A stretch of DNA of 64,000 nucleotides from Paraspadella gotoi (lineage: Eukaryota > Animalia > Chaetognatha). The translations under genes and the position numbers were made by a program. Shown in pieces: positions 36,101 to 48,841 of this stretch. The DNA lies in the NCBI GenBank assembly GCA_051294375.1, contig CM119263.1, positions 3,924,161 to 3,988,160 of the forward strand, given 5' to 3'. Within the stretch, counting starts at the first letter, position 1. Every line of letters starts with the position of its first letter. The notes beneath the pieces were generated by a model. That model did no database searches and was not told the DNA's origin. It saw only the letters and a list, made by a program, of their open reading frames with translations.

Positions 36101-38926
36101 AAAAATAGAAAAAATAATTTAGGTACAAAGATCAAGAAGGTAAACAACTTTTTCTATTCTAAGTTCTCTGAAGTAATGTCTGAGATGATGTATGCTTCCA
36201 TACGGTTCACTGCTTTATAATCTGACTAATCATTATAGATGTGTAAATTTTGCTGTACAGAAAAAAGAAACAAACCAAACTTTTTATCAAACTAAAGGCA
36301 TCTCCTGGGAAAAAAAAACAAAAGAAAGAAAACTAAAGTTTTATGCATTTCAAACCGGAAATTCAGGACTTTGCCACATTTGGGAGTATCGATTTTGTAA
36401 TCAATCAATGCTTTCTAATGTGAAAAGACGAGCGCAAAGATTGGAGGGTAATTTTTTCTATATTATATTTGACTTTACATCTAAGATTTTGAAAAAATGA
36501 TAAATGCATACTACCAATATTTGTGCAGTCCTGATTGCGAAGTATGTATGACCTAAAGACCTAAATTGGGGCTCTGCTTTAATTGCTTTCAGCGAGAGGT
36601 TCCTTTAGCATGATTTGCCACTTTTTTGATACCTTTATCTTGTAAAGTTGATATCGAGAAAAATTGGATTGGGCGCATCTTGTACCCCGGGAAAAAGGAA
36701 GAATTAATGACCATCGGACGAAGTTTTTTTTTTTTGGTTAAATTTTTCAAAATTTTTTTTTTTCAAATCTATGAGCAGACTCCGTTAACTACTAGGCCTA
36801 GGACTCGATCAATCCGGCGCTGGTTAAAGTGCTGCACTGTAAAATTCTCAGTTTTGCTCGTGAAAATCTCTCTCTCATCTCTCTCTCTCTCTCTCATGTC
36901 TCCTCTCATTCTCTCTTTCTCTCTTCTCTTTTCCTCTCTCTCTCTTCTCTCTCTCTCTCTCTCAAATCTTTTCTTCTCCCCATCTTTTCACGATGCGAAA
37001 ATTTTATGAGCTGATGAGAACACTCGGTGGCCGTAATATTGGTTAATCTTTCATCTTCGTAATGACGGATTAGAATTCACAGTTTGCTTTGGCGCGAAGG
37101 AAGTAAGATGACGACGACGATGACGACGACGATGAGTTAATGGCACAAGGAGGAATGAGAGAACCCGACTCTCTTCTCTCTCCCTTCTCTCTTCCTCGTC
37201 CTCAGCTCTCTCCTCATCTCTCCCCTCTCTCTCTCTTCTCTCTCTCTCAGTCCTCTCTCCTCTCTCTCATGGCTCTCATCCACCTGGAAACGCGAGTTTT
37301 TTCCCAAAAACCGGAAATTCATCAAAAAATTTACCGTAATAGATGCATTGGAAATTGAGTTCGCCTCGGGGAAGGGAAAGAAGGAATAGAGAGGAGGGGG
37401 GAGGGGAAGAGGCAGGGAGGGGATGAAGAGGAAGAGAGGTAGGAAAGGGGGAAGGAAGAGGATTGCATATCTTTGAAAAGGAGAACTATGGTTTGAAGAG
37501 NNNNNNNNNNNNNNNNNNNNNNNNNATGTTGAAGGAGATAATAAGAAGAGGGTTAAATAGGATATAGGGAGAGGGAAGAGGTAAAAGGAAAAACAAAGAA
37601 AACATTGCATTAGAAGACTAGGAAAAGTAAACAGAATAACTAGCGAGGAAAGTAGGAAAATAGTATATAGCAGGATGCTACATTATGTAAGAAGAGGTGA
37701 TTAACCAGATTATTCATGATAGATATAATTCATCTTAAAATATCTTGAAGACTAATCGACTAGCTTCATAGTGGTACTTGATAACTAGATAGCTAGAAAC
37801 TAGATAGATATCATTTAAAAATAATTCATGAACTATTTCGGTACAATAGAAAACTGAGATGAGGAAAAGTTTGTTGGGAATCAAGAAGGAAAGAGGAGGA
37901 AGGAGGAAAGGAAGATAATGGGATCAACATGAAGATCAAATGAGAGTTAATGAGGAGGAGAAGATGAGAACATGATGTAGGATCATGTGTGTAAGGAGGA
38001 TGGGGTGAGATGGGAGGGGATGTGATGGGTGGATATGAGATGGGAGGAGTAGGAGCAGATGGGAAGGAATCAAATGGGAGGGAATGAGTTTAGGTAAAGT
38101 GGGATAAAAACAAAAGATAAAAAGAAAATTTAAGTGGAATTTATTGATAAATGTGAGAAATACTATATGGAATAAATAAAAAATAAACACAAATTGGGAA
38201 AAAATGAATCCAACGGGAGATCGGGTAATGGAGGAAAGGAAAGAAAGCAAGGAAATAAAAGGAACAAGGGTAAAAGAAAGCATAAAANNNNNNNNNNNNN
38301 NNNNNNNNNNNNNNNNNNNNNNNNNNNNNNNNNNNNNNNNNNNNNNNNNNNNNNNNNNNNNNNNNNNNNNNNNNNNNNNNNNNNNNNNNNNNNNNNNNNN
38401 NNNNNNNNNNNNNNNNNNNNNNNNNNNNNNNNNNNNNNNNNNNNNNNNNNNNNNNNNNNNNNNNNNNNNNNNNNNNNNNNNNNNNNNNNNNNNNNNNNNN
38501 NNNNNNNNNNNNNNNNNNNNNNNNNNNNNNNNNNNNNNNNNNNNNNNNNNNNNAGTGAAAGGGGTTAGATGAGGCCCGATAATCGGTCGTGAACGATGGC
38601 GAAAGTTTCTGCAAAATGAGGTAATGACGGTGAAAGATGGAAACCTGTGAGAATGAGAGAGACGTAAAATGATGGTGAATGATCGGGGAAAATGATTGGG
38701 GAAAATGATGAAGAAAATGATTTGGAAAATGATGGCGAAAAATGATGGGGGAAAATGATGGATAAAATGATTGGGATCCAGGGAACTGTGATTAATGATG
38801 GGAAAAAAAGTAAAATGGAGAAAATTGGGGAAAAAAAGATATAAAAAAGAGAAAAAGACTTTTTTAAGACAAGTCGTGAACCATTTTGGTTGTGACGACA
38901 ACAACAACAAACTGGATCGGTGAGAA

Positions 38927-38983
<57 letters not shown>
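38927..38983. repeat. (GAT)n microsatellite followed by a GAC-rich tract
   Basis: Perfect GAT run. Confidence 0.95.
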
Positions 38984-40220
38984 ATTTGGCGATGATGATG
39001 ATGATGATGCTGATGTTGACAGATGACGATGATGATAACGTTAAAAGGGATAACATTGACGATGATGAACCAAAAAAAAAAAAACAAATGAGTTTTTAAT
39101 AAATACAAAATGATAGGACGACGATGAATGACGACGACAAGGAAACGACGAAGACGACCGACGACGAACCCGACGACGACGACGAACGACGACGACGAAC
39201 GATGACGACGGCGCGACGACGACGACGAAACGACGGGCGAGATGAAGACGTCGACGATGACATCGACGCGAGGAAGACCTTAAACTCGACGCAAGGACGC
39301 GACATTGCTCCTGGACGATTAGCGAGAAGAAGTGCAGATCAGTGTGGAGAGAGAGAAGAGAGAAAGAGCCAGAGCAGGAGAAGAGGAGGAGAGAAGAGAG
39401 AGAGAGAGAGAAGAGAGAGTGAGGAGAGAGGGAGAAGAGAGAGAGAGAGCGAGTGAAAGAAGCTGATTCCAAAGTCATTTTAAATTCTCTCTCTATGCTC
39501 TCTCCTCTCCTCCTCCTCCGAAGCCGCCTTTCTTCCTCTTGATCCGATTTATCTGCGGCGCAAAACTGATAGAACTGAGAAGTTAGGTGAATGGATATGA
39601 CAGCGTTGACTTTCTTGAAATTGGGGGGTGGGGGGATCCGCGTGGTAGAGGGGTAAATGGTGTTTTGGGGGTGCAGTAGGGGTGGTGAGGGGTAAAGAAG
39701 AGGGCTCTCTTTTCCAAAAAGCGCTCAGTGTCTTTTCTTCAGAACCTTGAATTTACGTCTTAATATTTAATTCAATTTTTATCAACTGCCGTAAGATGTT
39801 CTCCTAAGCAAATAACTAATGCTTAACGCCATGTACAGGATGAGGACTTAAATAAAAGTAAAAATTTATGGCAGAAAAATTTGAGTATATAAAAAAATTG
39901 ATGAACTGATTAAATCACTGGCGAGATTTTAATTATTAAAACATAATTCTCTTCAGATTCTTAATTTTTTAAAAACTTTTGTTTGTTTCCCAGTTTATAT
40001 GTATGACGCTTTTTGATCTTGATTTATGATACCTTGAGATTCCAGATTTAGAATTTTCTTTTCTTCTCTCTTCTTGAGTCTTTTTCCTCGATGTGGATTT
40101 TTTGGATCGACGACGTCAAGATTCTTGATCGACATTCAAACTCAGATTACCATTCGAAAGTGAACACGAACGAGCGACGACGACGATGAGCGACGACAAT
40201 CAGATAGTAATGGCGGTACG

Positions 40221-40325
40221 AACTTTGGGGATTTGAGTTCCTTACAACGGCGTCTCAAGACTTTGGAAGTTCCTTAAGCGAACGCGTCTCAAGAACTTTG
40301 GCGTTTCCTTAGCAACGCGTCTCAA
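40221..40325 (+). repeat. ~33-bp minisatellite, 3 copies (ACTTTGG..TTCCTTAGCAACGCGTCTCAAGA)
   Basis: GCGTCTCAA recurs three times with ACTTTGG and TTCCTTA in register. Confidence 0.8.
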
Positions 40326-41459
40326 CCAGATGATCCGGAGGGACCCGAGCGTTCGAGTCCTGAGCCGAAAGTCTGGAGAACGGAAAATCGAACTTCGCTT
40401 GAATGTTCGCCGAAGAGAGAGGAGAGAGAGAGAAAGAGAGAGAGACGAGAGGAGAGAGAGAAGTAGGAAAGAGAGAGCAAGAACGAGAGAAAGAGAAAAA
40501 GAAGAGAGACGATGAGAGAGAGAGAGAAGACGAGGAGAGGAGAAAGAGTAGAGAGAAGAGAAGAGAGAGAAAGAGAAGAGAGAAAGAGAAGAGAAGAGAG
40601 AGAAGAGGAGAGAAGAGAGAGGAGAGAGAGAGAGAGAGGAGGAAGAGCAAGGTTTCCCGTCCATGAATGATTGGACATCAGACGTCCGTGTTGTGTAGAG
40701 TTGTTCGGTGACGACGAAACGACGAGATGAAGGAGAGACAGAGATGAGACGACTGAGGGGGCGATCAATGAGTGCGACGATGACGACCGGACGAGACGAC
40801 GAATCTTACTGATACTAAAATTTGGAATCAATGAACTGAGAAATTTTGGTTTTATACAAGAATAGGGTCAAGAATCGACGACATGCCATAGTACTTTCAT
40901 CTACAGACGTCATATTTTGCTACGCCAATCTGAATCCTTACCTTTCGGCTCCTTTCTCTACTTTTCCCTCAATTTTACTAAAAGCCCCTGGTGACTCATT
41001 TCCTCTGGTTTCTCGTTTTGAATTTTCTCAACGAAGTTTTTGGTTTTAGGAGTATAAATTATTATTTTAAAAGCAAAAATTAGTGAGAGATGTTTTGAAT
41101 TTGTAGAGTTTGAACCTGAAATACAGAATATTAAAGTACGGAATTTTTGATGTGGGTTAAGGAGTCTTCATCTATAAAAGTATAAATGAGCGACTTTGAA
41201 GTTATATTCTTCATTTATAAACTCTACTAATTTTGGTCACGTTGTATCGGACTTCTCTTCTAAACAAATTAACGATAAGCAGAACGCAACTTTACTGATT
41301 CTGAGAGTATAGACCTCTTGTCCTTACAAACTCAACCGACTTCTTTGACTTTTGGTTCTCGGCATGTCGATCTTTCTGTTTTCGTTTTTTGCATTTGAGA
41401 TATTGTTGCATTGGTTACGAGGCTAGCGCCGTCTGCATCTTGTCTTTCTGTCTCTCTCT

Positions 41460-41495
<36 letters not shown>

Positions 41496-42997
41496 CCTCT
41501 CTCGTCTCTCTCTCTCTCTCCCTCTCTCTCTCTCTCTCTCCTTCACCCCCTTCTGTCTCGTCTCTTCTCAAGCGTCACTCACAAGGTGATTCAGGTCGGA
41601 ACTCGGATGAATATCGTCACTCACAGGAAGATCCACTTAAGGTTTCGCGTTATATATACTTTCTCTCTCCTACTCCTCATTCTCTCTCCTTCTCTCTCTC
41701 TCTCCTCTCTCTCTCTACTCTCATCCATCGTCTTAATATCGATCTCTCCGATCTATCCTTATTTTTCTCTCCCTCTCTCTCTCTCTCTCTCCTCTCTCTC
41801 CTCTCTCTCATTACCGGCATAGAAGACAATAAAGTTTGGAGCATTAAAAGTCAGACGATTCCAATTTTCCCCCTTTCAATTTTTCAATATTATAATTTTA
41901 TTATTTTTATTATTTGTTCGAACGCGAGTACTCGCGAGTACAGAAATACCGAGAGTACGCGAGTACCAGTGACTTGCGTAGTGTTTCCACTTTTATAAGT
42001 CACTTTTTGTGCAGTCGCTCATTGGTCGCCATGTCCATCACTCTCTCCGTCCTGATCTGTTTGTTTTAAAAAGCTCAGTGACTTGGGATAAACAATGAGT
42101 ATTCATTAATGAAGCTATGTTTCATACATTATCATTTTATATAATTGCCTAAAAACATATCAATACTGTATACCAAACGAATAACAGCATAATTAGGTAA
42201 TACCGGTCACATATTTTTTTAATTATACTTTAACATAAAAGTAAGGGTATCATAATAAGATAATCGGTGTATTTAGTCCCATATTCGTATGACCAATACA
42301 AATTCAGTTAGATGTGTCTAAAAAGTCAATACGTATATTTCGGACGAGGATTACTCTTGGTCGCTACTTTACGTTCTGGGAGTTGGCGAGAGAACCTGAA
42401 GGAGTCGCGAGTCGTCGGGACACTTAAGAGGCATGTCTGAGAATTGTTTAGTTCATAAAAACGAACTTGCCTTGTTTGGATTGATAAAATCAAAGGACGT
42501 TAATAAATAATTAATTATTAATCAAAAGCATATAAGATATCCCATTTCTTGAAAAGCTTGTCGCCGAAAGTCCCCGGGATTTCTACATCAACGTTGATAA
42601 TCTACAATGAATGATAATCAACAATATGTTTGATACTATGCAAAACGATTATTGAGTTCCGACGGAAAGAAGTGATTGCCACTACCGGAACTTCCGGTTC
42701 TTTCTTTTTTCTTATTGATGGTAATTTGGTTTTCTTTTCACTTTAGTTTGCTCGAAGTTTTTATGGGCGACTTTTTTTCCGGTCTGTTTATTGCCCCACT
42801 TCTGTCAGTTTTAATCGGGGGGATTTGTTTTTTCTTCATCTCTTTCTGTTTATTCTTTTTTGTTTTTTTTTTTGTTTTAGGCCTTCAAAATGCTTTCTTT
42901 TCGGAGTTAGAATCGCAAAAAAAAAATTTATGTCCATACAGAAAATTTTTTCATGAGGAACGAAATGAAGGAGGAAGAGAGAGAAGAAGGAAGAGAG

Positions 42998-43038
<41 letters not shown>

Positions 43039-44292
43039 CAGAGAAGAGGAGAGAGAGAGGCAGAGACGCGCGAACTGGAGAGGGCAAAAGTTTTTTCTCA
43101 GGCGCAGCGCGTGGCCTTGAAAAACGACGCTAAGATCCTTTCCGGCGACCGGAATTTGAATTTTTTCAAAAAACCTTCCGTCTGGCAAAGAGTCGAGATG
43201 GCGTTTGTTCTCCCACGGAGAGGTGGAAAACTGTGAAGTAAGAACAAACATGAAGATCGGTAAGAAAGAAGAGAGAGAGAGAGAAGAGAGAGAGAGGAGA
43301 GAGAGAAAGGAGAGAGAGAAGAGAGAGAGAGAGCACGAGAGAGAAGGCCGATAAAAAGCGAGAGCGACGAGAGAGAGAGAGAGAGCGAGAGAAGCGAGAA
43401 GAGAGAGATGTTGAGGAGAATTGACAAACCAATACAGANNNNNNNNNNNNNNNNNNNNNNNNNACGACGATGACGAAGACGACGACGATGACGACGACGA
43501 CGACAATGACGTCGACGATGACGACGACGACGACGACGAAATCTTACTGAAAAATTTGTGAATCAATGAACTAGAAATTTGGTTTTATACAAGAAATGAG
43601 TCAAGAATCACGATCACGCCAAGTCACTTTCCTCACACGACGTCAATTTTCTCACGCCACTCTGATCCTTCTTTCGCTCCGCCTTCTCACTTTCCTCACT
43701 TTCACATCAACGCCCCCTGGTGACCTCCTTTCCCTCTGGTTCTCTCTTTGCAATTTTCTCAACGAAGTTTTGGGTTTTAGGGAGATAAATTTTATTTTAA
43801 AACATAAAATTAAGTACGAGTTTTGAAATTTGAGAGTTTGACTTGAAATACAGAATATTAAATAAAGATGTTTGATGTGGGATTTAGCGTCCTTCATCTA
43901 TAAAAAGTATAAAATAGGAGCGACCATTATGAAGTTATATTATTTCATTTAATAAACTAGCTATTTTGTCACCTCGACTTCTCTTACAAAATATTAACAT
44001 AGCAGGAAGCAGCAAGCTTTCATTTTCTGAATATAGCCTCTTGTCTTCACCGACTTTGGTTCCGAATTCGATGTTTTTTTTTCTTTTTCATTTGAATATT
44101 TGTTCCATTGTTACAACGCCTGCATCTTGTCCTTTCTGTTCTCGCTCTATCTCTCTCACCCTACTCCTAGTTCTATCTCTCTTCTCTCTCTCTCCACCTT
44201 CTTCGTCTCTCTACTCCTCAATCACATCGGTAAAACGATTGAATATCGATCTCACTCACAGGAAATCACTTTAGGTTTTCCTTATATATATT

Positions 44293-44333
<41 letters not shown>

Positions 44334-44779
44334 TCTCTCCATTACGCATAGATAGACAATAAATTTGGAATGCATTAAGTCAGCGATTCCAATTTTCCCC
44401 TTTCAATTTTTTCCAATATTATTTATTATTTTTATTAGTTGCGAACGCGAGTACTCCGAGTACGAGAAATACGAGAAGTAACGCGAGTACGCCGCGACAG
44501 TACTTGCGTATGTGTGTCACTCTATTATAAGGTCATTTTTTGGTCAGAGCGCTTTGGTCGTTCGCTCATGTCCTTTCACTCTCTCCGTCTGTATTCTGTT
44601 TTTGTTTTAAAAGCTTCATGACTTGAGGATAATACATGAGTATGCATGAATGAACGTATGTTTCATACATTTCATTTTCCTATTAGACCTAAACAACTCA
44701 CATAATACAATAGTCCCACACGGAAATAGAAGCTAATGTTAGCGTAATAGCTACTAATTTTTAGATTAATTGATTTCGT

Positions 44780-44882
44780 ATGAGACAGCGGTTGCCTGTG
44801 ATGCCATTGGTATGAGGGCATCAAACTTTGGCTTTGTTGCGACCTCAGTAAGACTCCATCACTGGCTGCGGTTACCTAGGAC
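44780..44882 (-). mobile_element. 5'-truncated twister-SINE (variant 3)
   Basis: Reverse complement reads GTCCTAGG-TAA-CCGCA-GC-CAGTGA.TGGAGTC.TTACTG-AGGTCGCAA..AAAGCCAAAGTTTGATGCCCTC...GGCATCACAGGCAACC, homologous to variants 1 and 2. Confidence 0.7.
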
Positions 44883-47800
44883 ATCTACAGATGAATGAAA
44901 TCAAGATATGTTTGACACAATGCACCATTATAGGTCCACGAAGAAAGTGATGCCACTACCGTAACTTTCCCCCCCGGTTCGCTTTTATTTTCTTATTTAT
45001 TATTTTTCTCTTTCACTTTAGTTTCTCAAGTTGTATGCGACTTTTTTCTTTTCGTCTTTTTTCCCCTTCTGTTTTTTAAATCGATTTTTTTTCTTTTTTT
45101 TTATTCCTTTTTTTGTGTTTTACGATCCTTCAATGTTCTTTTCGATAATTAAAATCCAAAAAAAAATTTAAAGTCCAATAGGAACATGTTTATATCTCTC
45201 TCTTTNNNNNNNNNNNNNNNNNNNNNNNNNTCTCTCTCATTAACGGCATAGTAGACAATTAAAGTTTGAGTGCATTAAAGTCAGCCGATTCCAATTTTCC
45301 CCTTTCAATTTTTTCAATTATTATTTTTATTTTTCATAGACGGAGGACCGCAGAGACCCTGTAGCAAAAGAAAACTCATAATTGAAATCATATTAGGTAT
45401 AATTAAATGTAGTCAATAAGAGTAGTGTATTACTTCGAACTCAGGCATAGTACAATTTTGCGAGATATAATTGTTATATCAATCGCGAGAATTCATGTTC
45501 ATGTATTTGAAGTTTTTAATGTTTTAATGCAATGCAATTTCCGAGTGTTGATACGTACGTAATATCATTCGAACAGTTTAAACGATTTATTTAGATTACA
45601 GAATTAGCACAGACAAACGAGCTGCACGTATCGTGTACTATCGACGAGACGACAAATGACGTCGACGATGACCGACGCACGAACGACGACGAAATCTTAC
45701 TGAGCACAATTAAATTAGTTTTGCGTGATACTGCAAGTGTGCGGAGCCAATATCATCGTCGTCTGTTCATTTGTGACAATATTGGGTTGTAAAATTGTGA
45801 ACTAACGAAAAAACAAAACATTTTTGGAGATCAAACACTCTTAATATAGAGAAAGTTTATTATATTTATTAATTAAATTACCCGCTATGATCGTGCGAGT
45901 GGAAATGAGCTTCAATATAGCGGAAAATACACAAACGGAAAAGTCATATTTACTTGAAGAATTTACTTATATTTGTAGTCGGCATTGCCTAGGTTCACTC
46001 CCCCGGAGAATGCATGCACTGTTCAGTTGTGACCACGCCAAGTCAACTCTTTTTCCCTCACACGAACCCGAAGTTGGCTTTCATTCGTTTCACGTGGAGC
46101 TCAAAAGCTCCATCAAGCTCATGACCACTAGGTACACTGATCCTTCTTGGTGCTTCGGGAATTCATTCCCAAACCGGGCCGGGGTCCTACACCCTGCGGA
46201 AGGCGTGGGAGGACGGCCCGTTTCTTCAACAGATCCTTTCCGCTCCATCATTGGTTGGAGCATCGAGAGCGGACTGCGGGCAAACCCTCTAGAGGACCCC
46301 TGTGTCCTTTCCAAGTCCCTCCAGGTGGTGACTCCCCTCTTTGCACGTTCCTTCATGTGCGAGCATGCGTCAAAGATTGTTGGTGGGGTTTTTAAAGGGA
46401 GTGAGATAAATTGTATATATTAAGATAAACCAGGAAAAATTGAGTACGTTAAGCTGCATCTTCAGAGTCTTCTTGCGACAGATATGAGCGGGAGGTCTTC
46501 TTGACTCTTGGAGAAATAACGTCGAACAACTATAAATAAATAGATTTTAGCTTTGATATCTAGATGAGTTGGGATATTTATAGACAGATTCTCGACTATT
46601 ACGTAATTAAAAAGATATATGAAATAATAGAAGAATGCGACCTATTTAAGTGAATTGTTTGAGTGGAGGTTAGTTCTTGCATTTAAAACTAATAATACTT
46701 GTATATTGGTATCATTACCAGCGAGGATATCTCTGGAAATTGTCTCTATCATTAAATGAGTATAGAGCGCAATCTGGCAGGTAGAGAGAGTGCGCAAGCA
46801 AGACTTTCATATGTCTATGGAATATATTAACAACTCACTATATCTTAACAACCCAGGGAACAGGTTGCCACGGGAATTTTCGATTTATTTGTTCTCATAT
46901 TTGCTATCTATATTGTTATATGAGGTGGCTACCGCTCATTGTTGCGACCAAACTCCTCACGCGCAAGTTTAAGAGCGCATACGTGCAATCATTTTACGCT
47001 GTCTCCTCAGTGCTTGACCCTGACAAATTATCTCATTGCCAGTTGACCCAATCATTACTGCAGTTGACCAAATTAATGTCAGCTTGACCAACTATATCTC
47101 TGTTACACTGTCACTACTTCTGACTCTCATCTATCTCATATCTCTCCAAGTTCTGTCCAAACTATATGACCTTGTTTTCTTGTTCTTACTCTCCTGTTTT
47201 CCTCCATCCCTATCTCCTTACCTTCATTCTCTACCGAGGCTACCACTGTCGGATGTATATAACGCCTGCCACGCATACCGAACCTCTGCCGGGGAGACAA
47301 TAACGAGATGGAGGTAAAGGCAGAAAATTTCGCACACTATCTACCACAGGACCAAGACTCCGGCATCATTTTGATTTGTCGTTTTAACCATAGGCGTGTT
47401 TTGGCAATTTTTTCGAGCCTTATATTAAACAATATACTTATAGCGACAAGTTCATTCCATTCTTCATGTGTCTCGTGCTTCTATCGCTCTCAAATCACCC
47501 ACCAAACTCTCATTCTCATCAGCGGCCATTTGGCTGCCCTCTGCGAGGCTCAATGCTATATATACTCGGCGCATCTACGCAGGCCAGACGCCAAAAGGTC
47601 CGGGGTATATCTAGCCCAGGTGGCCGAGATCCTAAGACGAGTGTTTTAGAAAGGCATGAGAAGTGGCAGCGCCTTGAATCCCACCTCGCCATATATCTAT
47701 TCCGGCTGCTCTTATCTATCAATTGCCTTGATTCCGTTATCAATATTATTTACTTTAAGGTTGTAATCTGAGAGTTCGCTCGCAGCTCCGTTGGATACTC

Positions 47801-48726
47801 CGGGGCTGATGCTGTACTAGAAAATAAACCAGCAAGAGAATCACAAGAAGAGTAACTAGTACTATCGGTCTTCATTGGTTCCGCGAGTACTGTCGCCCGT
47901 AGGACATTCCAAATCAACACTGTACACAATCAAACAATAAGCTTTCAGGCGACATGCCTCAATCCACCTGGCATTTGTCCCTGAGACTTTAGCCGCCCAC
48001 GTAACGCCACAGTGGATTGGTATAACAGAGTTATTAAGTCACATTTCTGCGACTTTATATTTAAGGACATCGGACTGATGAGTTAGCTGTATATAAAATT
48101 ATTATTATATTAAAATTAAATTAATTAATTAATTAATCGCAGTCACTTTTTACATTATATTAATTTTTTTGTATGGCAGATCCGACATTGTTTTGCTGCC
48201 AAATCTGGTTTTGGTATTCTTTGTGCACTTCGCTGCACCGATTAAATCGATGTAAAAACAAACCGTTGAAGAGACAGTAATTAATTGTTTGTGTTAGTGA
48301 CAGAACCTCATTCAATATAACAGTGTTACTGCGGTTAAACGCCACTGTCCTCTATAAATGCTAAGGGACTAGTCGGGCTAGAACCCCAGTACCCTTGGCT
48401 CTTGGAGGTCGACCGAGTTACTTCTTGGCGTTCGGTTCACCAATGGGCCGCACGAGTTCTCGTATTCGTTTGTGATCAAACGAGCGGCGCCCCCATATAG
48501 ATCACGCACTTTGTAGAGGGATACTATATATTATATCTATTGTTTGATCGCGAGACGAGTTATGTTGTAGTATGAGTGTACACGCAGGCGGCTAGAGAGC
48601 GTATGATTGTCAAGTAAGCGCTTGATAATTATTCAAGTGAGTAGTGAGAACGCCCAACGGGGGGGAATAACAGAAATTTACGGTCAAATTAGCATCACAT
48701 AATTTTATCTAAGTTCAGTACATTTC

Positions 48727-48841
48727 CATGGCACAGCCGGGTGCCTGTGATGCCCATTGGATGAGGGCATCAAACTGTTGGCTTTGGAGTTCCGACCTCA
48801 GTAAAGACTCCATCACTGGCTGGGGCGGTTACCGTAGGACA
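48727..48841 (-). mobile_element. Duplicate of twister-SINE variant 3
   Basis: Reverse complement ...CTGAGGTCGGAACTCCAAAGCCAACAGTTTGATGCCCTCATCCAATGGGCATCACAGGCACCCGGCTGTGCCATG aligns with 25317-25397. Confidence 0.72.

Larger units (their letters stand above)
31583..36784 (-). mobile_element. 5.2-kb TIR DNA transposon, CMC/EnSpm(CACTA)-like, decayed
   Basis: Left end CGGGAGTCTGTTCATGGATCTGAAAAA vs right end (reverse complement) CGGAGTCTGCTCATAGATTTGAAAAA; imperfect inverted similarity continues for about 120 bp (31628-31700 vs 36660-36725); TTAA on both sides (31579-82, 36785-88); empty site at 25962; interior almost free of the microsatellites that dominate the flanks. Confidence 0.88.

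Noticed and set aside
37936-39108. 390-aa ORF
   Set aside because: Spans a 266-N gap and (ATC)n/AATGAT-type repeats; artefactual.
45887-47771. Complex-looking ORFs (178 aa at 45887-46423 and neighbours)
   Set aside because: The region is an insertion-expanded noisy copy of non-coding 43535-44450, anchored by shared words such as CACGCCAAGTCA and GTTTGAT.TGGGATTTA-like segments.
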